From: an uncultured Solirubrobacterales bacterium
GTDB taxonomy: Bacteria > Actinomycetota > Thermoleophilia > Solirubrobacterales > Solirubrobacteraceae
Assembly (NCBI GenBank): GCA_963825515.1
Contig: CAWGTI010000005.1
Span: 6,396-70,395 of the forward strand
DNA length: 64,000 nucleotides
Direction: 5' to 3'
Shown: positions 8,983 through 17,877 of the stretch, piece by piece
Layout: each line of letters begins with the position of its first letter
Numbering within the stretch: position 1 is the stretch's first letter
Program-made: the position numbers and the translations under genes
The notes under the pieces: model-generated
What the model was told of the DNA's origin: nothing
The model's database searches: none
What the model saw: the letters and a program-made list of their open reading frames with translations, nothing else

Positions 8983-10056
8983 CTAACCGACGACCCGCAG
9001 CTCCTTCGACATGCCGCTGAGCACCTCGGCGCCCTCCGCGGTCACCACGACGAGGTCCTCGATGCGCACGCCGACCGCGCCCGGGACGTAGACGCCGGGC
9101 TCGATCGTGACGACGTTGCCCGCGGCCAGCGGGTCCTCGCCCTGGCGCGACAGGCGCGGGCCCTCGTGGACCTCGAGCCCGACGCCGTGGCCGAGCCCGT
9201 GCCCGAAGTGCTCGGCATGGCCCGCTGCGTCGATGATCTCCCGCGCGATCGCGTCGACCTCCTTGCCGGTCGGCCCGGGGCGCACCGCGGCGAGGGCCTC
9301 CTGCTGCGCGTGGAGGACGAGGTCGTAGATCCCGCGGTCGCGCGGGTCCAGGTCGCCGGTGGCGAAGGTCCGCGTGCAGTCCGAGGCGTACCCGTCGAGC
9401 TGCGCGCCCCAGTCGATGACCACGAGCGTCCCGGTCGGGATCTCGACGTCGCGGGGCATGGCGTGCGGCTGGGCACCGTGTGCTCCGGCGGCGACGATCG
9501 GGGTGAACGAGACCGCGTCGGCGCCGCGCCGGCGCATCGCGATCTCGAGATCCAGCGCGACGTCGCGCTCGGTGCGCCCGGCCAGACCCTGCTCGAGCAC
9601 CTCCTCCAGCGCGGCGTCGGCCAGGCGCGCGGTGGCGCGGATGGCGTCGATCTCGGCCGCGTCCTTGACCACGCGCATCTCCTCCACCATCCCGCCCGCG
9701 GCAACGAGCTCCACGCCGTCGCGCACCAGCTCGGTCAGCCGGGCGTGCTGCTTGACGGTCAGGTGCGCGTCGTCGAAGCCCAGTCGCAGCGGGCCTCCGT
9801 CGGGAAGACCGGCGGCGGCGCGCTCCAGGAGGTCCTGGGTGATCTCCCGCCCCCACTCCTCGTCGAGCTGCTCGGCCGCCTGCGTGAGGTAGCGGAAGTC
9901 GGTCACGAAGCGCCGCACCTCGGGACCGACGACCGTGGCGGCGCTCGAGCCGGTGAACCCGGTCAGCCAGCGGACGTTGACGAGGTTGGTCACCAGCAGG
10001 GCGTCGAGCTCGCGCTCGGCCACGGCGCCGGCCAGCCGGTCGGAGCGCTCGCTCAT
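8983..10056 (-). CDS. M24B Xaa-Pro aminopeptidase/dipeptidase
   Basis: ATG at 10056 (MSERSDRLAGAV...) within ORF 8983..10260. Motifs VVIDWGAQLDGYASDCTRTF, HGLGHGVGLEVHE, TIEPGVY. ATGA overlap with the aroQ stop. Confidence 0.9.
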   Translation of the reverse strand: MSERSDRLAGAVAERELDALLVTNLVNVRWLTGFTGSSAATVVGPEVRRFVTDFRYLTQAAEQLDEEWGREITQDLLERAAAGLPDGGPLRLGFDDAHLTVKQHARLTELVRDGVELVAAGGMVEEMRVVKDAAEIDAIRATARLADAALEEVLEQGLAGRTERDVALDLEIAMRRRGADAVSFTPIVAAGAHGAQPHAMPRDVEIPTGTLVVIDWGAQLDGYASDCTRTFATGDLDPRDRGIYDLVLHAQQEALAAVRPGPTGKEVDAIAREIIDAAGHAEHFGHGLGHGVGLEVHEGPRLSRQGEDPLAAGNVVTIEPGVYVPGAVGVRIEDLVVVTAEGAEVLSGMSKELRVVG

Positions 10057-10496
10057 CCGCCCAGCTCCGAGCGCAGCGCCACGAGCGCCTCGCGGTAGCC
10101 GTCGGGCCCCTTCCCGCTGACCGTCGCCACGCAGAGGTCGCCCACCACCGAGACGCTCCGCCACTCCTCCCGCGCGCTCACGTCGGACAGGTGCACCTCC
10201 ACGGCGGGGAGGCCGGCGAGCTCGAGCGCGTCGTGGATGGCCCACGAGTAGTGCGTCCACGCGCCGGGGTTGAGCACGATCCCGTCGGCCACCTCCTCGA
10301 CGCGGTGCAGGTGCTCGACGAACTCGGTCTCCGAGTTGGTCTGAAAGAAGCGGGCGTCCAGCCCGAGCTCGTCCGCGAAGGCGTCGATGCGCTGCTCGAG
10401 CTGGGTGAAGGTCAGGGAGCCGTAGTGCTCGGGGTCGCGGCGGCCGAGCTGGTCGAGATTGACGCCGTGCATGACCTGGACGCGGTTGCGGTTCAT
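10053..10496 (-). CDS. aroQ: Type II 3-dehydroquinate dehydratase
   Basis: 147 aa; VMHGVNLDQLGRRDPEHYG...FFQTNSETEFVEHLH...LNPGAWTHYSWAIHDAL...VEVHLSD. Confidence 0.95.
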   Translation of the reverse strand: MNRNRVQVMHGVNLDQLGRRDPEHYGSLTFTQLEQRIDAFADELGLDARFFQTNSETEFVEHLHRVEEVADGIVLNPGAWTHYSWAIHDALELAGLPAVEVHLSDVSAREEWRSVSVVGDLCVATVSGKGPDGYREALVALRSELGG

Positions 10497-11998
10497 CGCG
10501 CGCCCAACTCTTCCACGGCGGCCAGCAGGTCGTCTTTGTCGATGGGCTCGCCGTAGCTCACCTCGCCGGGCGCCCGGGCCAGGACGAACGGCACCTCACC
10601 GTCGCCGAGGCGCTTCTTGTCGCGGCGGGTGGCGGCGGCGACCTGGGCCGCGTCGGCCCCGTCGAGCGTCGTGGGCAGCCCGGCGGCGGCGAGCAGCTCG
10701 GCCACCTGGGCGCGCAGCGCGTCCGCCCCGCTCAGGCGCAGCGCGGCCAGCAGCCCCAGCGCCACCGCCTCGCCGTGGCGGTAGCGGCCGTAGGCGGTGA
10801 CGGTCTCGATCGCGTGGCCGACGGTGTGGCCCAGGTTCAGCAGCTGGCGGGCCCCGCCGTCGCGCTCGTCGGAGGCCACGATCGCGAGCTTCGTGCGCGC
10901 GCAGTCCAGCACGATGCGCTCGTCCACCGGGGCGCCCGCGGCGACCCGGTCCCACAGCGCGCCGCCCGCGATGAGCGCGGTCTTGACCACCTCGGCGTAG
11001 CCCGCGGCGTGCTCGGCGGGCGGCAGCGTGTCCAGCGTGTCGAGGTCGGCGAGGACCGCGGCGGGCTGGTGGTAGGCGCCGACGTAGTTCTTGGCCTCGG
11101 GCAGGTCGACGCCGGTCTTGCCCCCGTAGGCGGAGTCCACCTGGGCCACGACGGTGGTGGGGACCTGGACCACGGGCACGCCGCGCTGGTAGGTCGCCGC
11201 GCAGAAGCCGGCGAGGTCGCCGACGACCCCGCCGCCCAGCGCCACGACGTGGTCGGCGCGCGTCATCTGGGCCGCCGCCAGCTCGTGCCAGACGCGCTCG
11301 GCGGCCGCCAGCGTCTTGTGCTCCTCCCCCGGCGCGAGCGCGATCGTGTGCTGGAGTGTGTTCAGGTGGCCGCCGTGCAGCGGCCCGACGTTCTCGTCGG
11401 TGACGACGAAGGCGCGGCCGGCGGGACCGGGGAGCGCCGCGCCGAGCAGGCCGCGCCCCACGTACACCGGGTACTCGCCGCCGGCGCTGCGCGCCCAGAC
11501 CAGCTTGGTGTGCGGCGGCGCGGCGCCCCCGGCGAGCGCGCGCAGCGCGTCCTCGGCACGGCGCACGGCGCGATCGCCCTCTGGGATGAACGCATCCGCG
11601 GCGGCCTCGTACAGCGCCCGGCGCTCGTCGTGCAGCGCGGCGAAGGCGTCGGGATCGGTCGCGAGGGGGCGGCCCTTGCCGGCCGCGCGCTCCCACGCCG
11701 TCTCCAGCGAGACGTCCAGCCAGGCCACGGTGTGCCCGGTCAGCGCCTCGCGCACGCGCGCGGACAGGAGGCTGCCGCCGCCCAGCGCGATCGTGTCGCC
11801 CGGCGCCACGGCGTCCAGCGCGCGAAGCACGACCTGCTCCTCGCGGCGGCGGAACTCCGCCTCGCCGTGCGCGGCGAAGAAGTCCGCGACCGGCGCGCCG
11901 ACCTCGCGCTCGAGCACGGCGTCGGTGTCCAGGACGTCCTCGAAGGCGGAGGACTTCCCCGCCCCCATGAACCCTACGAGGACGAGGGCGCCCGCCAT
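10493..11998 (-). CDS. aroB: Bifunctional shikimate kinase / 3-dehydroquinate synthase (AroK-AroB fusion)
   Basis: ATG at 11998 within ORF 10493..12877. The N-terminus VLVGFMGAGKSS is the shikimate kinase P-loop. The AroB part follows: VVALGGGVVGDLAGF...VDSAYGGKTGVDL...NLGHTVGHAIE. Confidence 0.95.
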   Translation of the reverse strand: MAGALVLVGFMGAGKSSAFEDVLDTDAVLEREVGAPVADFFAAHGEAEFRRREEQVVLRALDAVAPGDTIALGGGSLLSARVREALTGHTVAWLDVSLETAWERAAGKGRPLATDPDAFAALHDERRALYEAAADAFIPEGDRAVRRAEDALRALAGGAAPPHTKLVWARSAGGEYPVYVGRGLLGAALPGPAGRAFVVTDENVGPLHGGHLNTLQHTIALAPGEEHKTLAAAERVWHELAAAQMTRADHVVALGGGVVGDLAGFCAATYQRGVPVVQVPTTVVAQVDSAYGGKTGVDLPEAKNYVGAYHQPAAVLADLDTLDTLPPAEHAAGYAEVVKTALIAGGALWDRVAAGAPVDERIVLDCARTKLAIVASDERDGGARQLLNLGHTVGHAIETVTAYGRYRHGEAVALGLLAALRLSGADALRAQVAELLAAAGLPTTLDGADAAQVAAATRRDKKRLGDGEVPFVLARAPGEVSYGEPIDKDDLLAAVEELGAR

Positions 11999-13152
11999 CC
12001 GATCCGCTCGCGGTAGGCGTCCAGCGCGGCCGTGACGTCGTCGATGTGGTCGCCGCCGAACTTGGTCCGGTAGGCGTCGGCGAGGACGAAGGCGACCATC
12101 GCCTCCCCCACCACGCCGGCCGCCGGCACCGTGCAGGAGTCGGTGCGCTCGCGCAGCGCCTCGGCCGGCTGCAGGGTGGAGATGTCCACGGAGCGCAGCG
12201 GCTTGGTCAGCGTCGGAAGCGGCTTCATCGCCGCCCGCGCGACGAGGGGGTCGCCGGTCGTCATGCCGCCCTCCAGGCCGCCCGCGTGGTTGGTCTCGCG
12301 GTAGAAGCCGCGCTCCTCGGTGTGGAAGATCTCGTCGTGGGCCTGCGAGCCGGGCTTGCCGGCCAGTGCGAAGCCCTCCCCCAGGCCGACGCCCTTGATC
12401 GCCTGGATGGAGCACAGCGCCCCGGCCAGGCGGCCGTCCAGGCGCTCCTCCCAGGAGACGTGGGAGCCCAGCCCGGGCACGAGGCCGAACGCGATCACCT
12501 CGAAGACGCCGCCCAGCGACTCGTTGGCCTTGCGCTGCGCGTTGATGTGGCTGACCATCGCCCGGCTGGCCTCGGGGTCCAGGCAGCGGACCGGGTCGTC
12601 GTCGACGCCCTCGAAGTCCGCGACCGTGAGCGGCTCGTCGCGGTCGGGGGCGTGGACGCTGCCGATCTGCACGACGTGGGAGCGCACCTCGACGCCGAGC
12701 GCTCTCAGAAAGGTGCGGGCCACCGCGCCGCCTGCCACCCGCGCCGCGGTCTCCCGCGCGCTCGCGCGCTCCAGGACATTGCGCACGTCGGAGAAGTTGA
12801 ACTTCTGGGTGCCGACCAGGTCGGCGTGGCCGGGGCGCGGGAGGTGGACCTCGGCCACCGCGGCCTCGACCGGCCACGGGTTCATCCGCTCCTCCCAGTT
12901 GGCGTAGTCGCGGTTGGCGATCTGCAGCGCGACCGGCCCGCCGAGCGTGCGGCCGTGGCGCACCCCCGCGGTGACCTCCGCGCGGTCGCGCTCGATCTTC
13001 ATCCGCCCCCCGCGCCCGTGCCCGAGCTGGCGGCGCGACATGTCGCGGTTCATCGCGTCCTGCTCGAGCTCCAGGCCCGCGGGCAGCCCCTCGATCAGGC
13101 AGGTCAGCCCGGGGCCATGGGACTCCCCGGCCGTGATGAGACGCAGCGCCAT
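11974..13152 (-). CDS. aroC: Chorismate synthase
   Basis: ATG at 13152 within ORF 11974..14169. MALRLITAGESHGPGL...RPGHADL...NHAGGLEGGMTTG. Confidence 0.95.
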   Translation of the reverse strand: MALRLITAGESHGPGLTCLIEGLPAGLELEQDAMNRDMSRRQLGHGRGGRMKIERDRAEVTAGVRHGRTLGGPVALQIANRDYANWEERMNPWPVEAAVAEVHLPRPGHADLVGTQKFNFSDVRNVLERASARETAARVAGGAVARTFLRALGVEVRSHVVQIGSVHAPDRDEPLTVADFEGVDDDPVRCLDPEASRAMVSHINAQRKANESLGGVFEVIAFGLVPGLGSHVSWEERLDGRLAGALCSIQAIKGVGLGEGFALAGKPGSQAHDEIFHTEERGFYRETNHAGGLEGGMTTGDPLVARAAMKPLPTLTKPLRSVDISTLQPAEALRERTDSCTVPAAGVVGEAMVAFVLADAYRTKFGGDHIDDVTAALDAYRERIGWRAPSSS

Positions 13153-13239
13153 GACGGGCCTGAGTCTATGGAGGGGGCCGACGGCGGCCGCGCGGATCGG
13201 AGAGGTGCCGGCGCCCTCGCCCGGATACGCTGCCCCACA

Positions 13240-14094
13240 ATGAAGCGCATCAAGACGGGCTGGCGCCTGGCCAAGGACAGCTGGGCGGTGCTCAGGGCCG
13301 ACCGCTCGCTGGCGGTCTTCCCGCTCCTCTCGACGGCGTTCGGCGCGTTGGCCGTGGTTCTGCTCGTCGCCCCCGGGCTGATCTTCTCCGAGGCCGCCGA
13401 CCAGGACTGGATCGTCCTGCCCTTCCTCGTTGTCGCCGGCTTCGTGGCCACCTACTTCGCGATCTACTTCAACGTCGCGCTGGCGGGCGCCGCGAGCCAG
13501 TCGATGGACGGGCGCGACACCACCGTGGCCGACGGGCTGGCCGTGTCCCGGCAGCGGCGCGGCCTGATCTTCAAATGGGCCCTGGTCCAGTTCGCCGTCG
13601 GGCTGCTCATCCGTGGCATCGAGGCCGCCCTCGGGGAGTCGGCCGCGGGCAAGCTGGTGGCCAGCGCCGTGGCGGGCCTGCTGAGCGCCGCCTGGTCGGT
13701 GTCCACGTTCTTCGTGATCCCGCTGCTGGCGCTCGAGGGGCTCACTCCCGGCGACGCGATGAAGCGCTCGGTGAGCATCATCCGCGAGCGCTGGGGCGAG
13801 GGCCTGGTCGGAAGCGCCGCCATCGGGCTGGCCGTCTTCCTCGTGGCGCTGCTGCCGCTGGCCGTGCTCGGCAACGCGAGTCTCGAGTTGCTCGACACCG
13901 TGCCCGTGCTGGGCGCCATCGTCGGAGTGCTCTGGCTGCTGGCGCTGATCGCCACCCTGGCGTTCGGCTCGGCGCTGGGCGTGATCTTCCGCGTCTCGCT
14001 GTACCGCTACAGCACCGAGGGGCAGGCGCCCGCCGGCTTCGCCCAGACCGACATCGACGCCGCCTTCGGCCCGGGCCGGCGCGCCGCGGTGTAG
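13240..14094 (+). CDS. Polytopic membrane protein (DUF6159-like by recollection)
   Basis: ATG at 13240 within ORF 12046..14094. MKRIKTGWRLAKDSWAVLRADRSLAVFPLLS is followed by several hydrophobic helices. Confidence 0.75.
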   Translation: MKRIKTGWRLAKDSWAVLRADRSLAVFPLLSTAFGALAVVLLVAPGLIFSEAADQDWIVLPFLVVAGFVATYFAIYFNVALAGAASQSMDGRDTTVADGLAVSRQRRGLIFKWALVQFAVGLLIRGIEAALGESAAGKLVASAVAGLLSAAWSVSTFFVIPLLALEGLTPGDAMKRSVSIIRERWGEGLVGSAAIGLAVFLVALLPLAVLGNASLELLDTVPVLGAIVGVLWLLALIATLAFGSALGVIFRVSLYRYSTEGQAPAGFAQTDIDAAFGPGRRAAV

Positions 14095-14135
14095 CCGGGC
14101 CCGGTCAGCCCGAGCCCAAGCCCGAGCGCGAGCCC

Positions 14136-14241
14136 GAACGTCCATTTCCACCTGCCCTGGCGGGAACAAACGGACGTTCGCCGAGCGCTGGAGGTCTGAA
14201 CGTCCGGTTCCACCCGCCCTGGCGGGGAGAAACGTACGTTC
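14136..14241. repeat. Two 44-nt two-tier hairpin repeats (62-nt period) between convergent genes
   Basis: 14136..14179 is GAACGTCCatttCCACCtgccctGGCGGgaacaaacGGACGTTC. 14198..14241 is GAACGTCCggttCCACCcgccctGGCGGggagaaacGTACGTTC. The first copy has a perfect 8-bp outer stem. A gcccga-like hexamer run precedes them (14107..14137). Confidence 0.7.
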
Positions 14242-14255
14242 GCCTCAAGGACGCT

Positions 14256-15254
14256 TCAGCCCAGCGGGACCGACTGCACGGCGGGGAACGACGCCCGCGA
14301 CGCGCTGGCGCTCACGCCCCGGCAGGAGCCCTTGCCGGGTGTGACGCTGCGGTAGGCACCGTCGCTGGGGTCGAACATGACCGAGCCGAACGCGTTGTCG
14401 TCCGCGGCGAGCAGGCAGCGGCCGGCGCGCGAGACCCGCGAGCGGGCGCGGCTGGCCTGGCGGGCGTTGGTCGTGGCGACCTTGCGGATGCGGACCACCG
14501 TCAGCGCGTAGCTGCGGACGGTGCGGTTGGGGCCGGCGACCGCGATCCGGGCGCTGCGCCCGGGCCGCAGGCGCAGGACGCCGCAGTTGGTGGGCCTGCG
14601 CGCGCAGCTGTTGGCGGCCACGACCGCCCCGCGGGCGACGAGGAACCCGGCCGAGCTGCCGCCGTTGAACGCGCCGAGGAACACGAGCGCGGGGCGCCCG
14701 GACGCCGGCATGGGCTGCAGGCGCGCGACGTTGGAGTCACTCGAGGCCCGGCGGCCGACGGGGCCGAAGCGGACGTCGACGACGTAGTAGCGATGGGTGG
14801 AGCGGCTGACCGACGGTGCGGTGGTCACCTGGGCGGGCACGCGGGCGGTCGGGGTGCTGACCACCGACGGCGCCACGCTCGGCGCGGGCGACGAGGCGGC
14901 CGGGGCGGCGGACCCGCCGGAGCCCGAGCCGGACGCCGAGCCCGAGCCGGACGCGGCCGCGGCCGCGGCCGGGGGCTCGGGAGCGCTGCCCGCGAACGGA
15001 TCCTTGGGCGTGCCCACGAGGCGGCGCTGCTCGTTCTTCAGGGTCGCGTCCGGAGCCGCGCTGACCACGGTCTCCGGCGCGTCATCGGCCCCCGCACTGC
15101 GCAGGGACTCCGCCGAGGGAGCGGGCGTCGGGGTGTCCGAGCCGGACTTCAGCAGGAACACCGGGACGGCGACCAGGGCCACGGCCAGCACGACGGCCAC
15201 CGGCCACAGGCGGCGCTCGACGAGATCGCGGACGAGGGTCTTGAGGGTGCTCAC
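14256..15254 (-). CDS. Pilus-cluster protein of unknown function, in the PilP/PilQ position. N-terminal TM, P/A/S-rich linker, Cys-containing C-terminal domain.
   Basis: 332 aa. RLWPVAVVLAVALVAVPVFLL TM segment, then a low-complexity AAAASGSGSASGSGSGG stretch, then a ~170-aa domain. The start overlaps the pilO stop by 4 nt. Confidence 0.7.
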   Translation of the reverse strand: MSTLKTLVRDLVERRLWPVAVVLAVALVAVPVFLLKSGSDTPTPAPSAESLRSAGADDAPETVVSAAPDATLKNEQRRLVGTPKDPFAGSAPEPPAAAAAASGSGSASGSGSGGSAAPAASSPAPSVAPSVVSTPTARVPAQVTTAPSVSRSTHRYYVVDVRFGPVGRRASSDSNVARLQPMPASGRPALVFLGAFNGGSSAGFLVARGAVVAANSCARRPTNCGVLRLRPGRSARIAVAGPNRTVRSYALTVVRIRKVATTNARQASRARSRVSRAGRCLLAADDNAFGSVMFDPSDGAYRSVTPGKGSCRGVSASASRASFPAVQSVPLG

Positions 15255-15991
15255 GGCTGGGCTCCGATCGTGGCGGCCGGCGGAATGGGCGGGGTCGTCC
15301 CGCCCGCGGCCGGGGTGGCGGCCGCCGGCGCGCCGGCGGGCGCGTCGGGGGTCGCTCCGGCCAGCAGGTCGGGCACCGAGTAGGAGGTCGCGGAGACCTT
15401 GGCGGAGATGTCGCGCAGGTCCGCGGCGGAGGCGGTCGGGCTGGCGGCGGCCTCCTGGCGACCGAGCTGGAAGCCCTCGATCGTCAGCAGCCGGCCGTCC
15501 ACGGCGAGCCCGCGGTCGCCGAGGCGGACGTACCGCTCCAGGTGACGCAGGAAGCGCGAGAGGCGGAAGAAGCGCCCGGCGAAGGTGAACTCGAAGGGCT
15601 TGGGCGTGGGCAGCGCCGCATCGGCGGTGGTGCCGGGCGTGGCCGCCGCGGGAGCGGCGGTGCCGCCGGCGGCCGACAGGCTGCGGAAGCTGACCCGCGT
15701 GCGCCGCGAGCTGGCGCTGAGCTGCTCGATGAGCGACGCGACGTCGGTGCCCGAGGGCAGGGCCTTGCCCAGCCGCGCGACGGCGGCGTAGTTCGCCGGG
15801 TAGGCGTCGCGGGCAGCGCGGTATCCGCGCACCTGCTCACGGGCGGCCTGAAGCTCGCCCTGCTGCATCTCGATGCTGTCGGCCAGGCGGCTCGCGTCCT
15901 TGCGCTCCGGGGCGATGAGGGCGAACCAGGCGACGCCCACGACCGCGAGGGCGGCCACGGCGACGAGAGCGATGAGGTCTCGCGGCTTCAC
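15251..15991 (-). CDS. pilO: PilO-like pilus assembly protein
   Basis: 246 aa. Single N-terminal TM (LIALVAVAALAVVGVAWFALI), a coiled-coil segment, and position directly after pilM-pilN with 4-nt overlaps. Confidence 0.7.
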   Translation of the reverse strand: MKPRDLIALVAVAALAVVGVAWFALIAPERKDASRLADSIEMQQGELQAAREQVRGYRAARDAYPANYAAVARLGKALPSGTDVASLIEQLSASSRRTRVSFRSLSAAGGTAAPAAATPGTTADAALPTPKPFEFTFAGRFFRLSRFLRHLERYVRLGDRGLAVDGRLLTIEGFQLGRQEAAASPTASAADLRDISAKVSATSYSVPDLLAGATPDAPAGAPAAATPAAGGTTPPIPPAATIGAQP

Positions 15992-16719
15992 TTCTTGCCT
16001 CCCTTGCTGCTGTCGGTGGACGGAGCGACGGCGGCGGCCGGCGTCGTGCCCGCTGCGGGGACGATCGACGGCGGCGGCGGCGTGAAGCCGATGCTCACGC
16101 TGAAGGCGTTGTCACAGTCCTTGCTCTCGCTCTTGGCGTTCGAGGAGGCCAGGTCGACCTCCTGGACGCCGGCGACCTGGCGCATGGCGGCCATCATCCC
16201 GGCGACCTGGCGCTGGCCGGACGTGCAGCCGTCGAGCTTGATCGTCGGGGTGGTGACCGGCGCGGCGGCGACCGCGGCGGCAGCCGGGGCCTCGCCATCG
16301 TCGCCGTCGGCGGGGGCCGGAGGGGCCACGGGGGCGGCGGCACCGACGACACGGGTGGCCTCCAGGCCGGTCAGGTCCACGCCGCGCGGGATCGCGACCG
16401 ACACGCCGCGCAGGGCGCGGGCCCAGTCGAAGCGGCTGGCGGCGATGGAGCGCACGGCCTCCACGCGGGTCTTGCGCAGCTCGGCGAAGTCGCCGTAGGG
16501 CTTCAGGCGCGCGGCCTCGGCCTGCGCGAGCGCCGTCTCGGCCTTGACGCTGGCGAGCGTCTCGCTGCGGTCCTGCGCGCTGTTGGCGCTCAGCACGTAG
16601 ACGACGACGAGGACGAGCACCAGGCCCAGACCTCCGAGCAGCATGTGCACGCCGATGCCGGCGCTCGTGCGCACACGACCGTCACGGTCGTCGCGCGGAA
16701 TCAGGTTGACGGCTTTCAT
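15988..16719 (-). CDS. pilN: PilN-like pilus assembly protein
   Basis: ATG at 16719 (MKAVNLIPRDD..., the PilN-type NLxP N-terminus, then a TM segment) within ORF 15988..16824. ATGA overlap with the pilM stop. Confidence 0.75.
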   Translation of the reverse strand: MKAVNLIPRDDRDGRVRTSAGIGVHMLLGGLGLVLVLVVVYVLSANSAQDRSETLASVKAETALAQAEAARLKPYGDFAELRKTRVEAVRSIAASRFDWARALRGVSVAIPRGVDLTGLEATRVVGAAAPVAPPAPADGDDGEAPAAAAVAAAPVTTPTIKLDGCTSGQRQVAGMMAAMRQVAGVQEVDLASSNAKSESKDCDNAFSVSIGFTPPPPSIVPAAGTTPAAAVAPSTDSSKGGKK

Positions 16720-17780
16720 GCCAGTCCCTCCTCGATGGCCAGTCCGGCCGCGATCGCGAATGCCTCCGCGTTGACGTCGGCGCCGGCGAAGGCGTCGGGC
16801 CGCCCCCCGGCGACGGTCGCGCACTCGACCTCGATGCCGAGCTCGCGGGAGAAGTCGTCGGCGAAGGCCTCGTAGGCGGCGGCGGGGCCCGCCAGCACGA
16901 CGCGCGTCACCGGCTGCGCGCCCTCGCGGGCGCCGTAGAACTCCAGCGAGGCCCGCACGTCGTCGGCCACGCTGCGTGCCCCGGAGGCCAGCGCGGCGCG
17001 AGCGGCCTCGACGATCTGCGCGTCGCCCTCGATCTCGGCGCCCGGCGCCGGCCGCCCGGCGTGGGCGATCCAGCCGCGCGCGTGGTCGGTCGTGAGGTGG
17101 CGGCGCGGCGCGAGCTCGTCGGCCATCGCCTCCAGGCCGTTGGGCGTCACGCGCGTGAACAGGCAGTTGCCGTCCTGGGCGATCGCGATGTTGGTCATGC
17201 CGCCGACGCTCGCGTAGAGCGTCACGCCGCTGCCGTCGGAGCTGTTGCGATGCAGCGCGCGGATCAGCGCGAAGGCGGAGAGGTCGATGCCCTGGACCCG
17301 CAGGCCCGCGCCGCGCACCGCCGCCAGCAGGCGGTCGATGGCCTCGCGCTGGGCGGCGACGGCCAGGACGCGGGTGCGCGGCCCGGCGGAGGTCTCGGTG
17401 ACCCCGAGGGAGTGGTAGTCCAGGACCGCCTGGTCCATCGGGATCGGCATCTCGTCGGCGGCCATGAAGCGCACCGCGGCATCGAGGTCCTTGCGATCGG
17501 TCAGCGGCGGGAGCTCCAGCAGGCGCACCGAGACCCGGGCGCTGGCCAGGCCGACGCGGACGCGACGGCCGAGCTCGGCGGAGTCGAAGAGTCCGCGCAG
17601 CGCCTCCGAGAGGCGCTCGACGTCGGTCACCTCGCCTCCCGACATGATCTCCGGTGCGAGCGGGGCGTACACCCCGCGCTCCACGGCGAGCCGTCCGTTG
17701 ACGCTCACCTGTGCCGCGGCCGCGAAGCCCGGCTCGATGTCCAGCCCGACGACGTCCTGCGAAACGCGCTTGCGTGCCAT
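16716..17780 (-). CDS. pilM: Type IV pilus assembly ATPase-like protein PilM
   Basis: 354 aa with an actin-like fold: VVGLDIEPGFAAAAQV...LELPPLTDRKDLDAAVRFMAADEMPIPMDQAVLDY...IDLSAFALIRAL. Confidence 0.9.
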   Translation of the reverse strand: MARKRVSQDVVGLDIEPGFAAAAQVSVNGRLAVERGVYAPLAPEIMSGGEVTDVERLSEALRGLFDSAELGRRVRVGLASARVSVRLLELPPLTDRKDLDAAVRFMAADEMPIPMDQAVLDYHSLGVTETSAGPRTRVLAVAAQREAIDRLLAAVRGAGLRVQGIDLSAFALIRALHRNSSDGSGVTLYASVGGMTNIAIAQDGNCLFTRVTPNGLEAMADELAPRRHLTTDHARGWIAHAGRPAPGAEIEGDAQIVEAARAALASGARSVADDVRASLEFYGAREGAQPVTRVVLAGPAAAYEAFADDFSRELGIEVECATVAGGRPDAFAGADVNAEAFAIAAGLAIEEGLA

Positions 17781-17877
17781 GCCGCGGTCATCGGTCCCGC
17801 CCCCCGCGCCCTTGACCGCGGCGCGCCCGGACTGGACACCCGCTGGACGCGGGCGCCGGACCCGGCGCTCAACGATC

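Noticed and set aside
5307-10098. Very long ORFs 5307..6845(-), 6155..7993(+) and 7990..10098(+) with Arg/Pro/Gly/Ala-rich translations.
   Set aside because: They run antisense or out of frame to well-supported genes (GNAT, aminotransferase-like, SLT, MarR-GNAT, peptidase). Their composition is typical of shadow frames in high-GC DNA. They carry no recognisable motifs.
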